Below are positions 1-14,349 of a stretch of DNA of 64,000 bases, piece after piece. The notes beneath the pieces were generated by a model. The model was not told the origin of the DNA. It worked only from the letters and a program-made list of their open reading frames with translations, and made no database searches. The stretch comes from Octopus sinensis (Eukaryota). The position numbers and the translations under genes are program-made. The DNA lies in contig NC_043014.1 in NCBI RefSeq assembly GCF_006345805.1, positions 18,042,001 through 18,106,000 of the forward strand. Reading direction: 5' to 3'. How positions within the stretch are numbered: the stretch's first letter is position 1; each line of letters begins with the position of its first letter.

Positions 1-513
1 GGGGTGGCGCACGCGCGACAGGGGTTTAAAAAATTTTGAAATGCCGATTTTTTTGCAGATTCTGAATCTCCGCAGTCGAAAAGGTGGGTTTCTATAGCAA
101 AAATAAAATTAAAAAAGAATAAAAAGAAAGAAAATAACCGAAAGTGGGTGAGGTCCATGTCCTTTACCCACGACAAATATCCAATTGTCTTGTAAACTAG
201 ATACAAAGATAAAACACATGCTTTATAACAAAATTAGACCGATGGTACAAAAGAAGACAGCGTACAGTGGACGTGGTAGGTAAAGAGTTAATCTGTAACA
301 TTTTTTTTCTTTTAAACTCAGTATCACTTTAAAACATTTTGTATTAATTCATTATATTTTACATTGAAAGTACACATTTAACATTTTGCTTATTTAACTT
401 GTCAGTACATGTCTTCAACAATTTACATCATGCATTCGGATTAGATGTTCTTTCACCAAGCTGATAAAGGTTATCATATTTATATTTCCAATATATATTT
501 CCTTCAATTCTAG

Positions 514-588
514 TTAATACAATTGTAATATCTATGACATTAATACAATTGTAATATCTATGATATTAATACAGTTGTAATGTCTATG
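514..588 (+). repeat. 26-bp minisatellite, 3 copies
   Basis: Unit ttaatacaattgtaatatctatgaca. Confidence 0.9.
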
Positions 589-868
589 CTATTTTCATCC
601 ACTTTTCACCAATCCCCGCAAATATATATCTCGTATCCCTATACTCATTTTTATCGCACCTATACGTCACCGACCCACCTGTCATTCAACTTGTCAATTA
701 TTCTTCGTCATTCGGACACAGGAAATTTTCCCATACACATACGCGCGCGCACACACACACATAATACACACGCACACATGTGTTTGTATGTAGACGTGTT
801 TATATGAATATATATGAGTATATAAGTACATGTATGTGTATATGAATAAATGTGTGTATGTCTGTCTG

Positions 869-959
<91 letters not shown>

Positions 960-1119
960 GTACGTGTGAATATTTGTGCGTGTGTGTGCGTATGTGTGTT
1001 TACTTGCAAGATGAAAAAAAAATTCCTTAAAATACTTAAATAAGAAACTTAATCAAATCCTTGGCCGCTAAATATTTTAACTGGAAAATTACTATCGATG
1101 TTATCTAGGTATTATTTCA

Positions 1120-1154
<35 letters not shown>

Positions 1155-1260
1155 ATATATATACATATAGGTATGTACATATATGTATGAATATATGCAT
1201 ATATTTATATATTATTTATATATATACCACACATTCACTCCTACGCCTCTTATATATATA

Positions 1261-1676
1261 AGGCGTAGGAGTGGCTGTATGGTAAGTAGCTTGCTTACCA
1301 ACTACATAGTTCCGGGTTCAGTACCAGTGCGTGGCACCTTGGCAAGTATCTTCTACTATAGCCTCGGGCCGACCAAAGCCTTGTGAGTCGATTTGGTAGA
1401 CGGAAACTGAAAGAATCCCGTCGTATATATGTATATATATATGTATGTATGTGTGTGTATACGTTTGTGTGTCTGTGTTTGTCCCCCCAATATCGCTTGA
1501 CAACCGATGCTGGTGTGTTTATGTCCCCCGTAACTTAGCGGTTCGGCAAAAGAGATCGATAGAATAGTACTAGGCTTACAAAAGAATAAGTCCTGGGTTC
1601 ACTTTGCTCGACCTAAGGCGGTGCTGAAGCATGGCCACAGTCAAATGACTGAAACAAGTAAAAGAATAAAAGAATA
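1261..1676 (+). mobile_element. tRNA-derived SINE family A, full copy
   Basis: A box TGGCTGTATGG, B box GGTTCAGTACC, taaaag tail. Further copies or parts at about 1810-2010(+), 5660-6113(-), 6220-6380(+), 7205-7430(-), 8290-8450(-), 15230-15450(+), 16363-16500(+), 17665-17997(-), 18870-19070(+), 22120-22230(+), 32190-32582(-), 36395-36650. Confidence 0.9.
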
Positions 1677-2054
1677 ATGTATATATATACATATATAATT
1701 ACGGCGGTGCCCCAGCTTGACAACAGCTCTCAAGGTCTCAAATCGTGTGTGTGTATAAATATGTGTGTGCATGTGAGCGTATGGTGTGTGAGTGTGAGTG
1801 TGTGTCTTTGTGAATGTGTTAGTTCCCCTCCCGCCCCCGACAAGCGGTGTTGGTGTGTTACGTCACCGCAAACTAGTGGTTCGGGAAAAGGGTTTCACAG
1901 AATAAGCAAAAGGCTATAAAAAATGAAGTCCTGGCGTAGAGTCGTTCGACTAAAAATTTTTTAAGATGGTGTCCTGACGTAGGTGTAGTCTAATGACTGA
2001 AACAAATGAAAGTTATGAAAGTTAAACATGAAAGATATATATATTTATACCTAC

Positions 2055-2425
2055 ACTAGCAGTATCACCCGGCGTTGCTCGGGTTTGTAAGGGAAATAAC
2101 TATAAAGCATTTTTAGAGAGTTATAGCCAAAAAATGGAAAAAAAATGATGGTAAATTTTTTTTAGTTTTAAAAGGTCGAGTTGCGTCCCCTAGACAGTCT
2201 GTGGTTGTGTTTCTGATTCTCGACCCCATGTCGAATTTATCGATTTTTTTCAGAACTGGGGGAACTTTTAAAATTTTCGCTGCGTTAGTTTTGAATTATG
2301 ACATTGGGCTATGTGTGTGTCAAGTTTCATCAGAATCGGTTGAAAGCCGTGGTCAGGGTGAGGGTACAACCTGACAGCCACACAGACACACAGACAGACA
2401 AACTGCCGTTTATATATAGAGAGAT
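2055..2425 (+). mobile_element. Helentron/DINE-1-type non-autonomous element (probable)
   Basis: ACTAGCAGT start, cccggcgttgctcggg hairpin, CAGA-type repeat, tttatatatag end. Same 5' end as 14350. Confidence 0.6.
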
Positions 2426-2478
2426 ACATATATATGTATCGATGCATACACAAACACACATATATATAATATATATAT

Positions 2479-2516
<38 letters not shown>

Positions 2517-2639
2517 ATCTAGATACACGCGTCTAATCGTCCACCTGCTTCTCTGTCTGAAACAAATATAAGATAAAAGACAAAAGATATATATATACTT
2601 ACATATGTATTCTTTTATTATATATATACCTACATATGT

Positions 2640-2922
2640 GAAGGCGCATGGCTCAGTGGTTAGAGCGTTGAGCTTACGATCGTGAGGTTATAAGTTCGAA
2701 TCCTGGACCGGGCTGCGTGTTGTGCTCTTGAGCAAGACACCTTATTTCACGTTGCTCCAATTCACACAGTCGTAGAAATGAGTTGCCTTTCCTTTGGATA
2801 ACACCGGTGGCGTGGAGAGGGGAGGCCGGTATGCATGGATGACTGCTGGTCTTCCATAAACAACCTTGCCCGGACTTGTGCCTAGGTACAATCTCATGGT
2901 CAATCAAGACCGAAGGGGGTCT
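2640..2922 (+). mobile_element. tRNA-derived SINE family B
   Basis: TGGCTCAGTGG A box, GTTCGAATCC B box, cttgagcaagacac core. Other copies at 22490-22823(-) and 22876-23196(+), tail piece at 9020-9130(-). Confidence 0.85.
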
Positions 2923-3060
2923 CCGCACCTACATATGTTCCTTTATTTGTGTCAGTCATTTGTGTATAGCTATGCTGGAGTACCATATGTATATATGTAT
3001 TCAAAAACACGCGTGAATATCTACACGTCTCCATCTGTCCATTTGTTTATATGCTTGTCG

Positions 3061-3178
<118 letters not shown>

Positions 3179-5870
3179 TTAGTCAAATACTCCTTGGGAG
3201 GTTTCTACGAACCACTCCCCTGATGTCATATTCCGATCAGTGTTAGCATTAGTTTCCAGAATTATCCTTCCAGTCATCGACATTTAACATGTATTTTACA
3301 AGGGATTGCAACGCATAGAGACACACACTTACGTGCAGATATATTATATGTACTTATATACATCTATAGAAACAAATATATATTTATGTAAATACATATA
3401 TCATACATGCATTCATATTCATATATTTATGTAGACATACAAGCATGTATCGACATATATAAACGTATGTAAATATAGTTGAATAAAATTTGGTTAAAAA
3501 TCTTGTAATATGCTATACGATGCTAATCCTAAAGTACTGGATATCGAATGTAATCATTCAGTGGGAATACTCCTGTCACTGGATATACATTTGGAATTCA
3601 ATAGCTTCTGTAGTGTTTATATTGATATAATACAATATAGGATGAACGACAAACTTCATTCCATATCATTTCAATTGTTTCTACACATCAGCCACGTAGA
3701 AAGATTTGTAGTGAATTAGGATAAAAAATGTCAGTCAATTCAGTTTCTCTTATTCATTTCTTTATATATGTACGTATATGTATGCATGTATGTCTTTATG
3801 TACGTATGTATGTATACACATATATATTTACGTATGTATATACACGCATTTTTATATATTTACATACATACGCGTACGCACGCACACATATTTTTATATA
3901 AATGACTACTATAAGATGTGGATTCAGAGAATCGTATGGCTATCACAAAAGGCTCTTCTCACGGACTCGGCTATAAGTTCACATAGTAATCCAGTACAAA
4001 GATGTATAATACAGAGTGTCCACGTAACTGAAATCTTGAAGTCCGATCGATGAAATTACTTCGTCAGGAGTACATAAACTACATATCTATAATATCGATT
4101 ATATTATAGTTTGCAATTATAGTAATTGAAGATCAGGCCTTTTAAAAGTTTCAATTTCATTTCTCCCAAGAAAAAATTAGATCAGATCTTTTTAAAAGCT
4201 GTCATTTGATTTTTACTAAGTAAAAATTAGAAAATTGGACCATAAATAAAAGAAATTAAATTAAACAGTATAAAAATAAATCATTTCATCTGATTGCAGA
4301 TTTCAGTTTAATCAAAGCAGCCCGTGGGGGCATAGGAATGCTCAGAGCTAATGCACTTTACTCAGAAAGGGTCATTGTAAGACAGGAGAGATTTCCTAGT
4401 ATGCGTAATAGCATCTGTGATAATAATCATTGGTGTTGGCATAACTGCTACCGAACTGTAAAGTTTTGAAGTTATCCAGGTGTGGGTAAAGCGGCTAGAC
4501 AATCAATTCTATCATCTATCATTTATCAAACCGAAACTAAAAGCTTTGCTTCCTTGTTAATGAAGTCGTAAGAGCTATCTTATAAGTTTTTGAGACATTA
4601 CGAGAAAGGAAACTGTTTATACAGATGTGTTTTTCAACCTCTTTAAAGTTTTCGTCTTATATGAAGGTCCATGAAACGTACTTACAGAAATGCTCCAGGT
4701 CACGAGTTCAGGTGTCTTGGAATGTATTAGAATAGTTTCTCTACGTTATCTACTTTATCATATTACCGTTGCTTTAGTTTGTGGCGGACATTTCGCATTC
4801 GATAATTCTTCATACGATCCCTTTTGGAAAAATTAGGCTTTCCGGCGTATTCGTTAAACAAGTCGCTCTGTTTTTAAGAAGTTTCATATAAATATTCCTA
4901 TCTGGGTAGGTACCGTGTTTGCCAGTGTAATAAAACATTCATTTCTACTTTTTAATGTGTTACAAGAAATTGCTCTGTATCTAATGCGGTCGTGTTGTGA
5001 CGAAAGAACGAGTGCTTGGGTGAGGGTGCCGGATAAGCATACTTCTGTTATGCACAATAATTGTTATATATAGTAAAATATTGAAATCAGTCAAAATATG
5101 ATAATCTGCTAGCCCAAACTTGCGTGAAATTTCACACGCTACTCTGGCTTTTATGTGAGAGAGATTAAATCATTACATTATATCTGCTTCCCCATCATAC
5201 AACTGTTAAGTGTCTTAGATTTACGTATGACTATGTTATATTTAAGAAACATATTTTTTTTAGATAATCTAAATGTATATTCTCCTAGAAATATGAAAGG
5301 AACGTTAAAATTCCATCCGTCTCTCTGTTATTCGCAATGAATGGATTACAACAAAATCACAACGGTGGTGTGCTACACTGGTGGCTGATTCGCGGCAACA
5401 AAAACTTCACAGTAAAAAATATGAAGTTTACGACTTCGTGACCAAAATATAAACTTATAAACGGTTGATCTGAAATAAGATCAAATTCAAATACGTTACT
5501 TGTATAAAGTAGTTTAAATATGATAAATTTTTGGCTTCACTTTTCATTCCAACAAACAACAGCAGCATTGTATCTAGATGGTCGTGATACAACTGAGCAA
5601 CTGAGGAGCATAGAATAGGTTTGTTGGAACAACCGGTAGGGACAATATGTGTATTCTTTTATTCATTTACTTGTTTCAATCTTTTGACTGTGGCAATGCT
5701 GGAGCACTACCTTGAAGGGTTTTTAGTCGAACAAATTGACCCCAGGACTTATTCTTTGTAAAGCTGGTACTTATTCGATTAGTCTCTTTCGCCGAGCGGC
5801 TAGGTTACGGGCACATAAACACACCTACACCGCTTGTCAAGCGATGAAGGGGGATCAAACACAAACAAAA

Positions 5871-5942
<72 letters not shown>

Positions 5943-6380
5943 ACACACACACATATATATTTACAACGGGCTTCTTTCAGTTTCTGTCTACCAAATTCAC
6001 TCCCAAGGCATTGGTCAGCTCGAGAATATAGTAGAAAATACTTGCCCAATAGACTGAACCCGGAACTAAGTGGCTGGGAAGCAAGCTACTTACCACACAA
6101 CAGCACCTGTGCCACAGCTGTAGAGTTATTTAAGAGACGCGTGGGCCACGATTTCGTACATTATTCCTATCTGACTAAATCTAACTAAATTAACTGGCTT
6201 AACGTAAATATGTATCCCTCAGCGTGACTGTGTGGTAAGAAGCTTCCTTACCAACCACATGGTTCCGAGTTCGGTCCCACTGCGTTTCACCTTGGGCAAG
6301 TGTCTTCTACTATAGCCTCGGGCTAGCCAAAGCCTTGTGAGTGGATTTGGTTGACGGAAACTGAAATACGTTCGTCGTAT

Positions 6381-6413
<33 letters not shown>

Positions 6414-6483
6414 TTTCAAAATTATGATGCTATGATGCTAGGTGTTCCCATTATTTTTTCAAACCCTTGTGTATATATACGCG

Positions 6484-6540
<57 letters not shown>

Positions 6541-7484
6541 GACTCCATCTCACTTATGGTAGGGAAGAAGTCTGTCTCCCTTGTCAGTCGTTGAAAAAGT
6601 GCTGTCACGTGGCTAAGATACTCAATATATGACACAGATTTTGAATATCGTATCAGAAGCTGATAATTTAGTCGCTGCTCGGACGATTTTCGCCTACTTT
6701 CAATATATCTATATTGTGTTTTTAAACACAGCCACACATCCATAAGTTATATTTTCTTTGTACGAATACCGTAGTATATTAATTTTCTTCAATATATGTA
6801 CGTTAAATACAATACATAGATGTCTATTTTAATGTAATACTGCTTCTATCAAAAATAACGGTCTTTTTTTTATTAGCAGCTCCAGTGATTGTTCATTCTC
6901 TGTTTTACTACATCGCTGACAACAGATTTCGGTGACAACTCTCAACAATGTAGAAATGCGCATCTAACATTCTCACCACCCGTTACTCAGACAGTTTTTG
7001 TCTGCTTCTGATAGACGTCGCTTATATAAACACAGAACGACCATAAGAGATACTATGTCCGGACAAATATCGCAGTAAATTTGATTTTTGCGATGTATAT
7101 ACATGAAAGAGAATACACAGCTGGCCATTTTAATCTAACACGGTAACACACACATACATACACACACATGCGCGCACACACACACACATTTGCACAAATT
7201 GCATACTCTTTTACTGTTTTACTTGTTTCAGTCATTTGGCTGCGGTCATGCTGGAGCAGCGCTTTCAGTCGAGCAAATCGACCCCAGGACTTATTCTTTT
7301 GTAAGCCTAGTACTTAATCTATCGAATCCCTTTGCCGAACCGCTAAGTTACGGGGCGTAAACAGACTAGCATCGGTTGGCAAGCGATGGTGGGGAGACAA
7401 ACACAGACACACAAACATATACACACACACACACACACACCACACACACACACACACACATAAATACATACATACATACATATA

Positions 7485-8011
7485 TGGTGGCTGCCCTCTC
7501 GTTATCGAGTATGGCCATTGCACGAAACTTAATGTTGTTATCGTGCAATGCTTGTGCAAGAAGATTTTTTTTTAAGTGAGGAAAGGCTGTGCACTGAGTC
7601 AATCCCACTCACTAAGCAACAGCAGCCATAATCCGAAAAGAAGAACTAGTCAACATCATCGGTAACCACTGAGCCGCAGGTTTTATGTCGGAGTTATCCC
7701 AGTTACCTGAGTTACCTTCTCCTAGAAGGACTCCCTAACAAAGGCTAGGAGTCCTTCACTCCCAATGGTTTAACCGCGCGATCGGGTATTCAGTCCGATT
7801 ATTTCTATGTCCCCGCGCATGATACAGCTTTAAGACATTTATTGGATGGCCGTTGACTCTCAAGAGTTCCTCCGCCCTTTGATGGGTTTTGTTTTTCATC
7901 CCGCGGGGTGTCCAATAAATACCCTCCTCACCAAGCAAGCTTGGTGGGGTTGCCGGTTTAGTCGCCGACGACCCGACCATGCAACAGGTTGTACTGGGTT
8001 ACATGTTACCA
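7485..8011 (+). mobile_element. Non-autonomous repeat with an RTE-like 5' end (about 527 bp)
   Basis: About 90% identical to 61536-62064 (minus). Starts with a ggctgcc-ctcg-ttat-cgag hairpin resembling RTE 5' ends. Confidence 0.65.
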
Positions 8012-8170
8012 GTAGCACTCGAAAGTGACCTGACTGACATATATACATACATACCTACATATATATATATATATATATATATATAGCCTCGGGCCGACCA
8101 AAGCTTGTGAGACGGAAACTGAAGAAGCTCGTCGTATATATGTTTATATATATATGAATATATATATATG

Positions 8171-8262
<92 letters not shown>

Positions 8263-10128
8263 CATATATATATTCATATATATATAAACATATATACGAC
8301 GAGCTTCTTTCAGTTTCCGTCTCACAAGGCTTTGGTCGGCCCGAGGCTATAGTCGAAGACACTTGCCCAAGGTGCCACATAGTGGGACTGAACCCAGAAC
8401 CATGTGGTTAGTAAGCAAGCTACTTACCACACAGCCACTCCAGCGCCTGCTTATATTTGTCAAAGGAATTTGATGGTAACAATTTCTTTTATTTGTGCAT
8501 CTTTTGCTGACTAAACTTTATAAAGAACAATAACAACAGAGGACAGAATTGCGCCGGTAGCCGGAGAATTGTGGATGTTATCACCTAAGCAAAATCTACT
8601 ATGCCTATTCACGAACGAGAAAACTATAGAAACGCAGCTCTTTCATAGCTGTAAATTACAAAATAAATCCTCAACCGCCGCAAAAAGAACTGTCACTCTC
8701 AAGACTCAGGAGCGACATTGCTGTTAAAGATAAAACTGCACGATAAAACATTTTAATATCATTGAAGGTGTACATTTGCAGGTATCATTGCTTTAGCTCT
8801 GAAACAAATAGATCCAGTGGAAAGGTTAATCCAATATGATTGGTACTTTCTTCCTGCCGTTAGTGGTTGCCATCAAGCCAGGCTGACCTAAGGCTGACCG
8901 CACCTCTCTTTCAGAGTGTACTGGAGTATGTACGCTCACTGTAATGGACAGCGCTGTAATTTCATACATAAACCGCAACCCAAATAGTGTTAGGTTGATT
9001 TACAGTTGGCGTGGGTCTTCGTCAGTTACGATGACGAACTTTCTAGTTGATTCTATCAACGGAACAGCCTGCTTCTGAAATTAACGTGCAAATGGTTGAA
9101 CACTTCACAGACACGTGTGTCCTTAACGTTCGTGTTCCAATATTTCAATATTTCTCTCTTAAAAGTGGGTGTTTGTTTTAGTTTGGAAAAGATAGGACAG
9201 CGACGCCTTCTTTGACTAAACCGAAGTCGGTGCGGTTTGGCGGGGATGGCAACAAATGGGTCACTGCTTTAGGAAGCAACGAAGACAAGCAACATGGTCT
9301 GATTCCTTGTAACGGAATGGATCCGCTAAACGCATACTATGGCCAGATGCAGAATGAGACGTTTAGGCGCAGCTGCTGTGACGCTGGTGATTTGCGACAT
9401 CTGACTGTACAGTTCAGCTGTGGCGCTCGAAGCAAAGAAACGCGCGCTCAGAAATACACACGTACTGAGTGAGTGAGAGAGAGATAGTTAAAAGGGATTG
9501 ACATAAACACTTTCCTTTTCCTCATACACATAGCGGAATATGCTTACACACATAAACAGAGAGAGGGGAGAAAGAGACAGGGAGAGAAGAGAACGAGAGA
9601 AACATTAAAACGTCTGATGTCAAATAAGTCATCGCCGATTCAGCTACGCCGAATAGATAGTGCCAAAATGACTGTACCAAAACGTCTTATGCCCGGCCAG
9701 GTAATAACGTTAAACAAAACGTCGTCTTTTTCTCTGTTTCTCTGTTAGAGATACGTAGGAGTGTTCACTCTCTCCATCTGGCTCAGAATGATATTGTCAA
9801 TGTGAAGAAAGTATTTCAAAGAAATTGACATGAAGCCGAGTCAAATGGAAAAGAAAACAAACAAATCAGTGTGAAATATATGATAATTCTCTTCACTTCT
9901 ATTTACATTAATATTGTATTTTGCTGGAAAACTTAATAATACATGCCCCCACATAAGCTAGAAAACATGGAAGTATATTTTCACATAAAATTGTTACAGT
10001 AGACGCAAGTTTATTTATGTATATACATACACACACACATATATATACAAACACACACACACAGTGACCACACGCACGCCCATACGCACACACTCATGTA
10101 TATATAATATATACATACATATATATAT

Positions 10129-10162
<34 letters not shown>

Positions 10163-10357
10163 CATATATAATAAATGCATTTATATATCTGTATATATAT
10201 ATATGTATATGTAAATATGTGTGTGTATACAGACATACACACCCGCACACACAGACACACACAGACACAAACACACACACACATACACACACATATATAA
10301 TATGGAAGCATTAATGCATGTGTTAATAATTTCATATTGCAATGTTTCAACAATCAC

Positions 10358-10391
<34 letters not shown>

Positions 10392-10591
10392 TTTCATCAT
10401 CACCGTTATTATCATTATTCATATTTTTAAAAATTTCATTTTCTCTTTTCCCAAACCCGATTCTGCTTCACTCCAAACGCACGCATACACACACAGACAC
10501 AGCAAACACACAAACACACAAACCACGCACCCGCGCACACAGATACATCACTGTATGTATGTATGTATGTATGTATGTATGTATGTATGTA

Positions 10592-10622
<31 letters not shown>

Positions 10623-11082
10623 TGTGTGTGTGTGTGTGTGCAATTGTTTGCGCCGTGTGTGTTTCTTAACATGGCGCATATCTGATGTGAGTGTCTACCG
10701 AAGCATGCTTTATTGTTTTATATCTGCCCCTGCTGATATCATTGCTATTTCTGTGTACCTCAAAATCCGGCATAAATTTCTTGTAGATATGACATGCTGT
10801 AATGCATATGATGTCTGCACCAGTGCATATAATGCAATGTAACGAACGGTGCATATTTTGTGTAAGCATTTATGCGCCAAGCGTTTATAAATAAATAGAG
10901 AGTGCAGAGCAGGAGATTGTTGAACTGCTCAGTATATTCGCAGAATTATTCTTATTCATATATTTTAATGCTTTTAATTTTTTATCTCACTGTTTTTCTC
11001 TTAATTTTTTTAAAATATATTTTCTTCTTGATTTTCCAGCGCAGAATATCAGAAGTTTATGAATGATTGCAGGGGTGTCCTC

Positions 11083-11091
11083 CTACTACTC

Positions 11092-11130
<39 letters not shown>

Positions 11131-11209
11131 TTCTTTTTAACTTGTTTTTCTTTCTATTATTCTACTTTTTCTTTTACTTCTTTTTCTTCATCATCATCAC
11201 CATCACCAC

Positions 11210-11261
<52 letters not shown>

Positions 11262-11350
11262 TTCTTCTTTTCCTTCTTCTTCTTCTTCATCTTCTTCTTC
11301 TTCTTCTTCTTTATCTTCTTCTTCTTTATCTTCTTCTTTATCTTCTTCGT
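11083..11350. repeat. Compound trinucleotide microsatellite (CTA/CAT/CTT)
   Basis: Read directly. Similar mosaics at 18478-18700, 20380-20555, 41400-41705 and 58500-58660. Confidence 0.95.
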
Positions 11351-13029
11351 TGCTGGAATACTAATCATCGCAAACTGGGACACGAAGTGTTTAAAACAAG
11401 AGCAAACAGCAAGAAGAGCCCTAAATCAATACATTTCGTTCGTCGCGCCCGCTCGCCACAATAAAAGTCTATAGGGTCATATTTTGTTTCTTGATCCTAG
11501 ATTCGATTATATTCTTGTGGTCCGTCTCAATCGTAACCTTGGGGGCGCACAAGACTGAGAGACTTCAAGGGGGTGGATTCCACTTTTAAATGTGCCGAGA
11601 AGAATATAAGCGGCAAAGTTGACGCCGGCAAAATTTGAGCGAATACATTAATAAATGTAATATATTAATGTAATGCGATTGTCCATCACTCTGCTCTATT
11701 CGTCTGCCATTTGGTTTGATCTAAGAACTTGGGGTTCAAAGAACTAAAATTTTTAAGTAACTTTCCATTTACGAAGTGTAGATGTGGATGTGTTCAAAGA
11801 TCAATTAGACAATAAAAGATTGACAGTTGTTTTCGAAGCTTAGCTTTTAACAGCCGGAATTATATGTCGTTTACTTTATAAAAACGCTTTTAGAAACTTC
11901 GAGCGATAGGAAATAAATCGTTTTAACGGTGGGACTCGAAGTTGATAAAGCTATGAATAACAACATAAACATCTGGTTAAAAATCCCCTTAGATGAAAAA
12001 AAATATCGATGGCTACCCACACATTCTGTGAACATGGTAGTGTTACTATCATTATACCAAAGTACCCCTTCGAATTTCTTCTATCCGTTTTATAAGCTTT
12101 GTTCTCATCAGTGATAATTGCATGTTGTTTACGTAATAAGATTGTTTTGTTTTTTAGAAACTTCGTGAGATAGTAAATGTATCATTTTAATGTGGAACTC
12201 ATAGTAGATAGAGTTACATATTGGGTTAACAGTGCCGATGATTGCTTGTGAGGTTTTGATGCACATCTTCTGTGGACATAAAAAATTTAGTTTCTAAGAA
12301 TTATACTGGTGTGACTGAGAATTACTTCTAAATTAAAGTACAACAACATCAGCAAACTTTCGGGAACTCTGGAAGCTTTTTGCTTGAAATTATTGAAGAA
12401 CATTTGGCCTTTAACACATAAAAGAAAAAAATACAATTATTGGGAAAGTACTAAATCATAACAAAACTAGTGATCAGGTTCAATGGTTGTGATCATTGAA
12501 TTGGATTTAAAAAATGAATATAGTATTTGATAAGTATTCTAGTTCACATTTCAGAGCTAATATATTGTGTCATTCTAAATCATTATTTTCTATGAAATAT
12601 ATAAATATTACTATGGTTCAGCGCCGGAAAGCCTTCAAAATATTCTTGTATGCTCCATAAAAACAAAAGCAAAAAGTGAGAAAAGAGAAGAAAAAGAAAA
12701 AAAAAAGAGTTACACAATAAAGAAACAAAAAAATTCTAATTTTTGAGGGTTTTCATTTTGTACGAAAACTAATAATATTGGTTGATTTATTTATTTATTG
12801 CTTGAAAATCAGTAAAAGAGAAAACTCGGTGAGACAGCTTGAATAGTTTAAAAGTTTAAAATTAAACTAAAATTTACGATATTTATGGTATTGGGTCCAG
12901 TTCAACTGAAATATATGCACGTTTGTGTAATATTCTGTAATGCACACGTTTATGTGTACGTGTATGTGCTTGTGTGCATGCTTATATATATATATTGTGT
13001 ATATGTAATATATAATATATATATATATT

Positions 13030-13064
<35 letters not shown>

Positions 13065-13068
13065 CATA

Positions 13069-13112
<44 letters not shown>

Positions 13113-13199
13113 GTTAATCCAAACAAGAAAACAAAAAGACAACAACGCGAGGATGTGGAACAAATAAAGTATTATTGGACGCTCAGGAAAGAAGGGAAG

Positions 13200-13232
13200 T
13201 ATAACGTTTCGAGCGGAGCTCTTCGTCGGAAA
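13200..13232 (-). ncRNA. Degenerate hammerhead-like motif (CCGACGA plus extra A)
   Basis: ttt-CCGACGA-a-gagc(tcc)gctc-GAAA-CGTT. Stem I poorly paired. Confidence 0.4.
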
Positions 13233-13999
13233 GATAGGAGAAAGAAATATCCCGAGGTGGGAGGACAGAGGGAAAAAAATGCAAGTGGTCTTCACGAGGT
13301 CACATACTGAAAAGGCGGAAGTGGTAAAAAAGAGGGAGCATGTTTTCAAAAACAGGAGAGCGGAATCAAAGAAGGAATGGTAAACCAAGGTGTGCGAGAT
13401 GACAAGGGTGTGTGTGTGAGTGTGTGCGTGTGTGTGTATGTGTGTATATGGTGGGCAATGGCTAGTGGCAAGCAGCAGTTAGCGAGTCAGGAAGGCAGGT
13501 CAGAAACAGGGAAGAATGTGTGTGTGCGTGTATATGTCTCGTCTGTGTGTTTTGTTGTAGTATGTGTGTGTGTACGTGTGACTTTTTTTGTGTGTATGGC
13601 GAGTAACTGTGCTTAACTAAGTGTATGTGTGCGTGTGTGTATGTGCTTGTACGTGCGTATATGTAAAATTGTGTGCATGTATGTATGTGTGCGTGCGTAT
13701 GTATGCGCATGTTTTGGTGTGCGTATGTATGTGTGTGTGTGTGCTTATATGTGTGTACGTATGTGTATGTGTGCGTGCGCGTGGAGGTATATGTTGTGTG
13801 TATGTATATGTGTCGGTGTGTATGTGAATTCGTGTGTGTTTGTACGTGTGTAAGTGTGTGTGCGTGTATTGTATATATATATGTAAATGTGTGTGTGTAA
13901 GTGCGTGGGAGTGAATGTATGTATGTATGTGCGTGTGTGTACAAAATGTGGGGGTATTATATGTGTGTTTATATGTTTATATGTGTGTATATGTATGCA

Positions 14000-14125
14000 T
14001 GCAAGGACACACTTCGCAACTGAAAGAATGATGGAAAATACCCTTGCGGTGACAGGCGCATGAGAAACCCCAGGCACAACGCACTCGCCCAGGCGCGAAC
14101 CCGAGATAAAGCCAGGCCCCACAGA
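14000..14125 (-). mobile_element. Possible short Tx1-type ORF2 C-terminal fragment within a microsatellite block
   Basis: GC-rich island translating to ARVFSIILSVAKCVL, resembling KACFFCVVAILKETVW of the full copy. Confidence 0.35.
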
Positions 14126-14349
14126 CATGCGTGCATGCATGTATGTATGTGTGCGCGCGCGCATGCATGTGTGTGTGCGTGCATGCGAGTGTGTGTGTAG
14201 GTATGTGTGTGTGTGTATGTATGTATGTGTGAGTGTGTATGTGTGTATGCCTGTGTGCATGTATGTCCGTATGAGTGTATGTAAGTATGTGTGTGTGTAT
14301 ATATATATATATATACACTTACATAATACGTATATGTATATATATATAT

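Noticed and set aside
1-230. Possible Helentron-type repeat end at the window start
   Set aside because: Truncated by the window edge with no second copy here, so it cannot be supported.
1261-1340. tRNA-like heads with A and B boxes (many copies) as tRNA genes
   Set aside because: They do not fold into complete cloverleafs and continue into SINE bodies.
4300-4376. Possible 77-bp exon (ag|...DFSLIKAARGGIGMLRANALYSERVI|gtaag)
   Set aside because: One open frame and a good donor, but a weak polypyrimidine tract, no recognised homology and no partner exons. Needs RNA-seq or BLAST.
9212-9472. GC-richer unique stretch with an 86-aa ORF
   Set aside because: No recognisable protein or promoter motif.
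12800-12845. TTGAAAA-tc..ga-GAAA motif resembling the U3-A8 hammerhead
   Set aside because: Stem II has only 2 bp and there is no valid UH or stem I. At best a decayed remnant.
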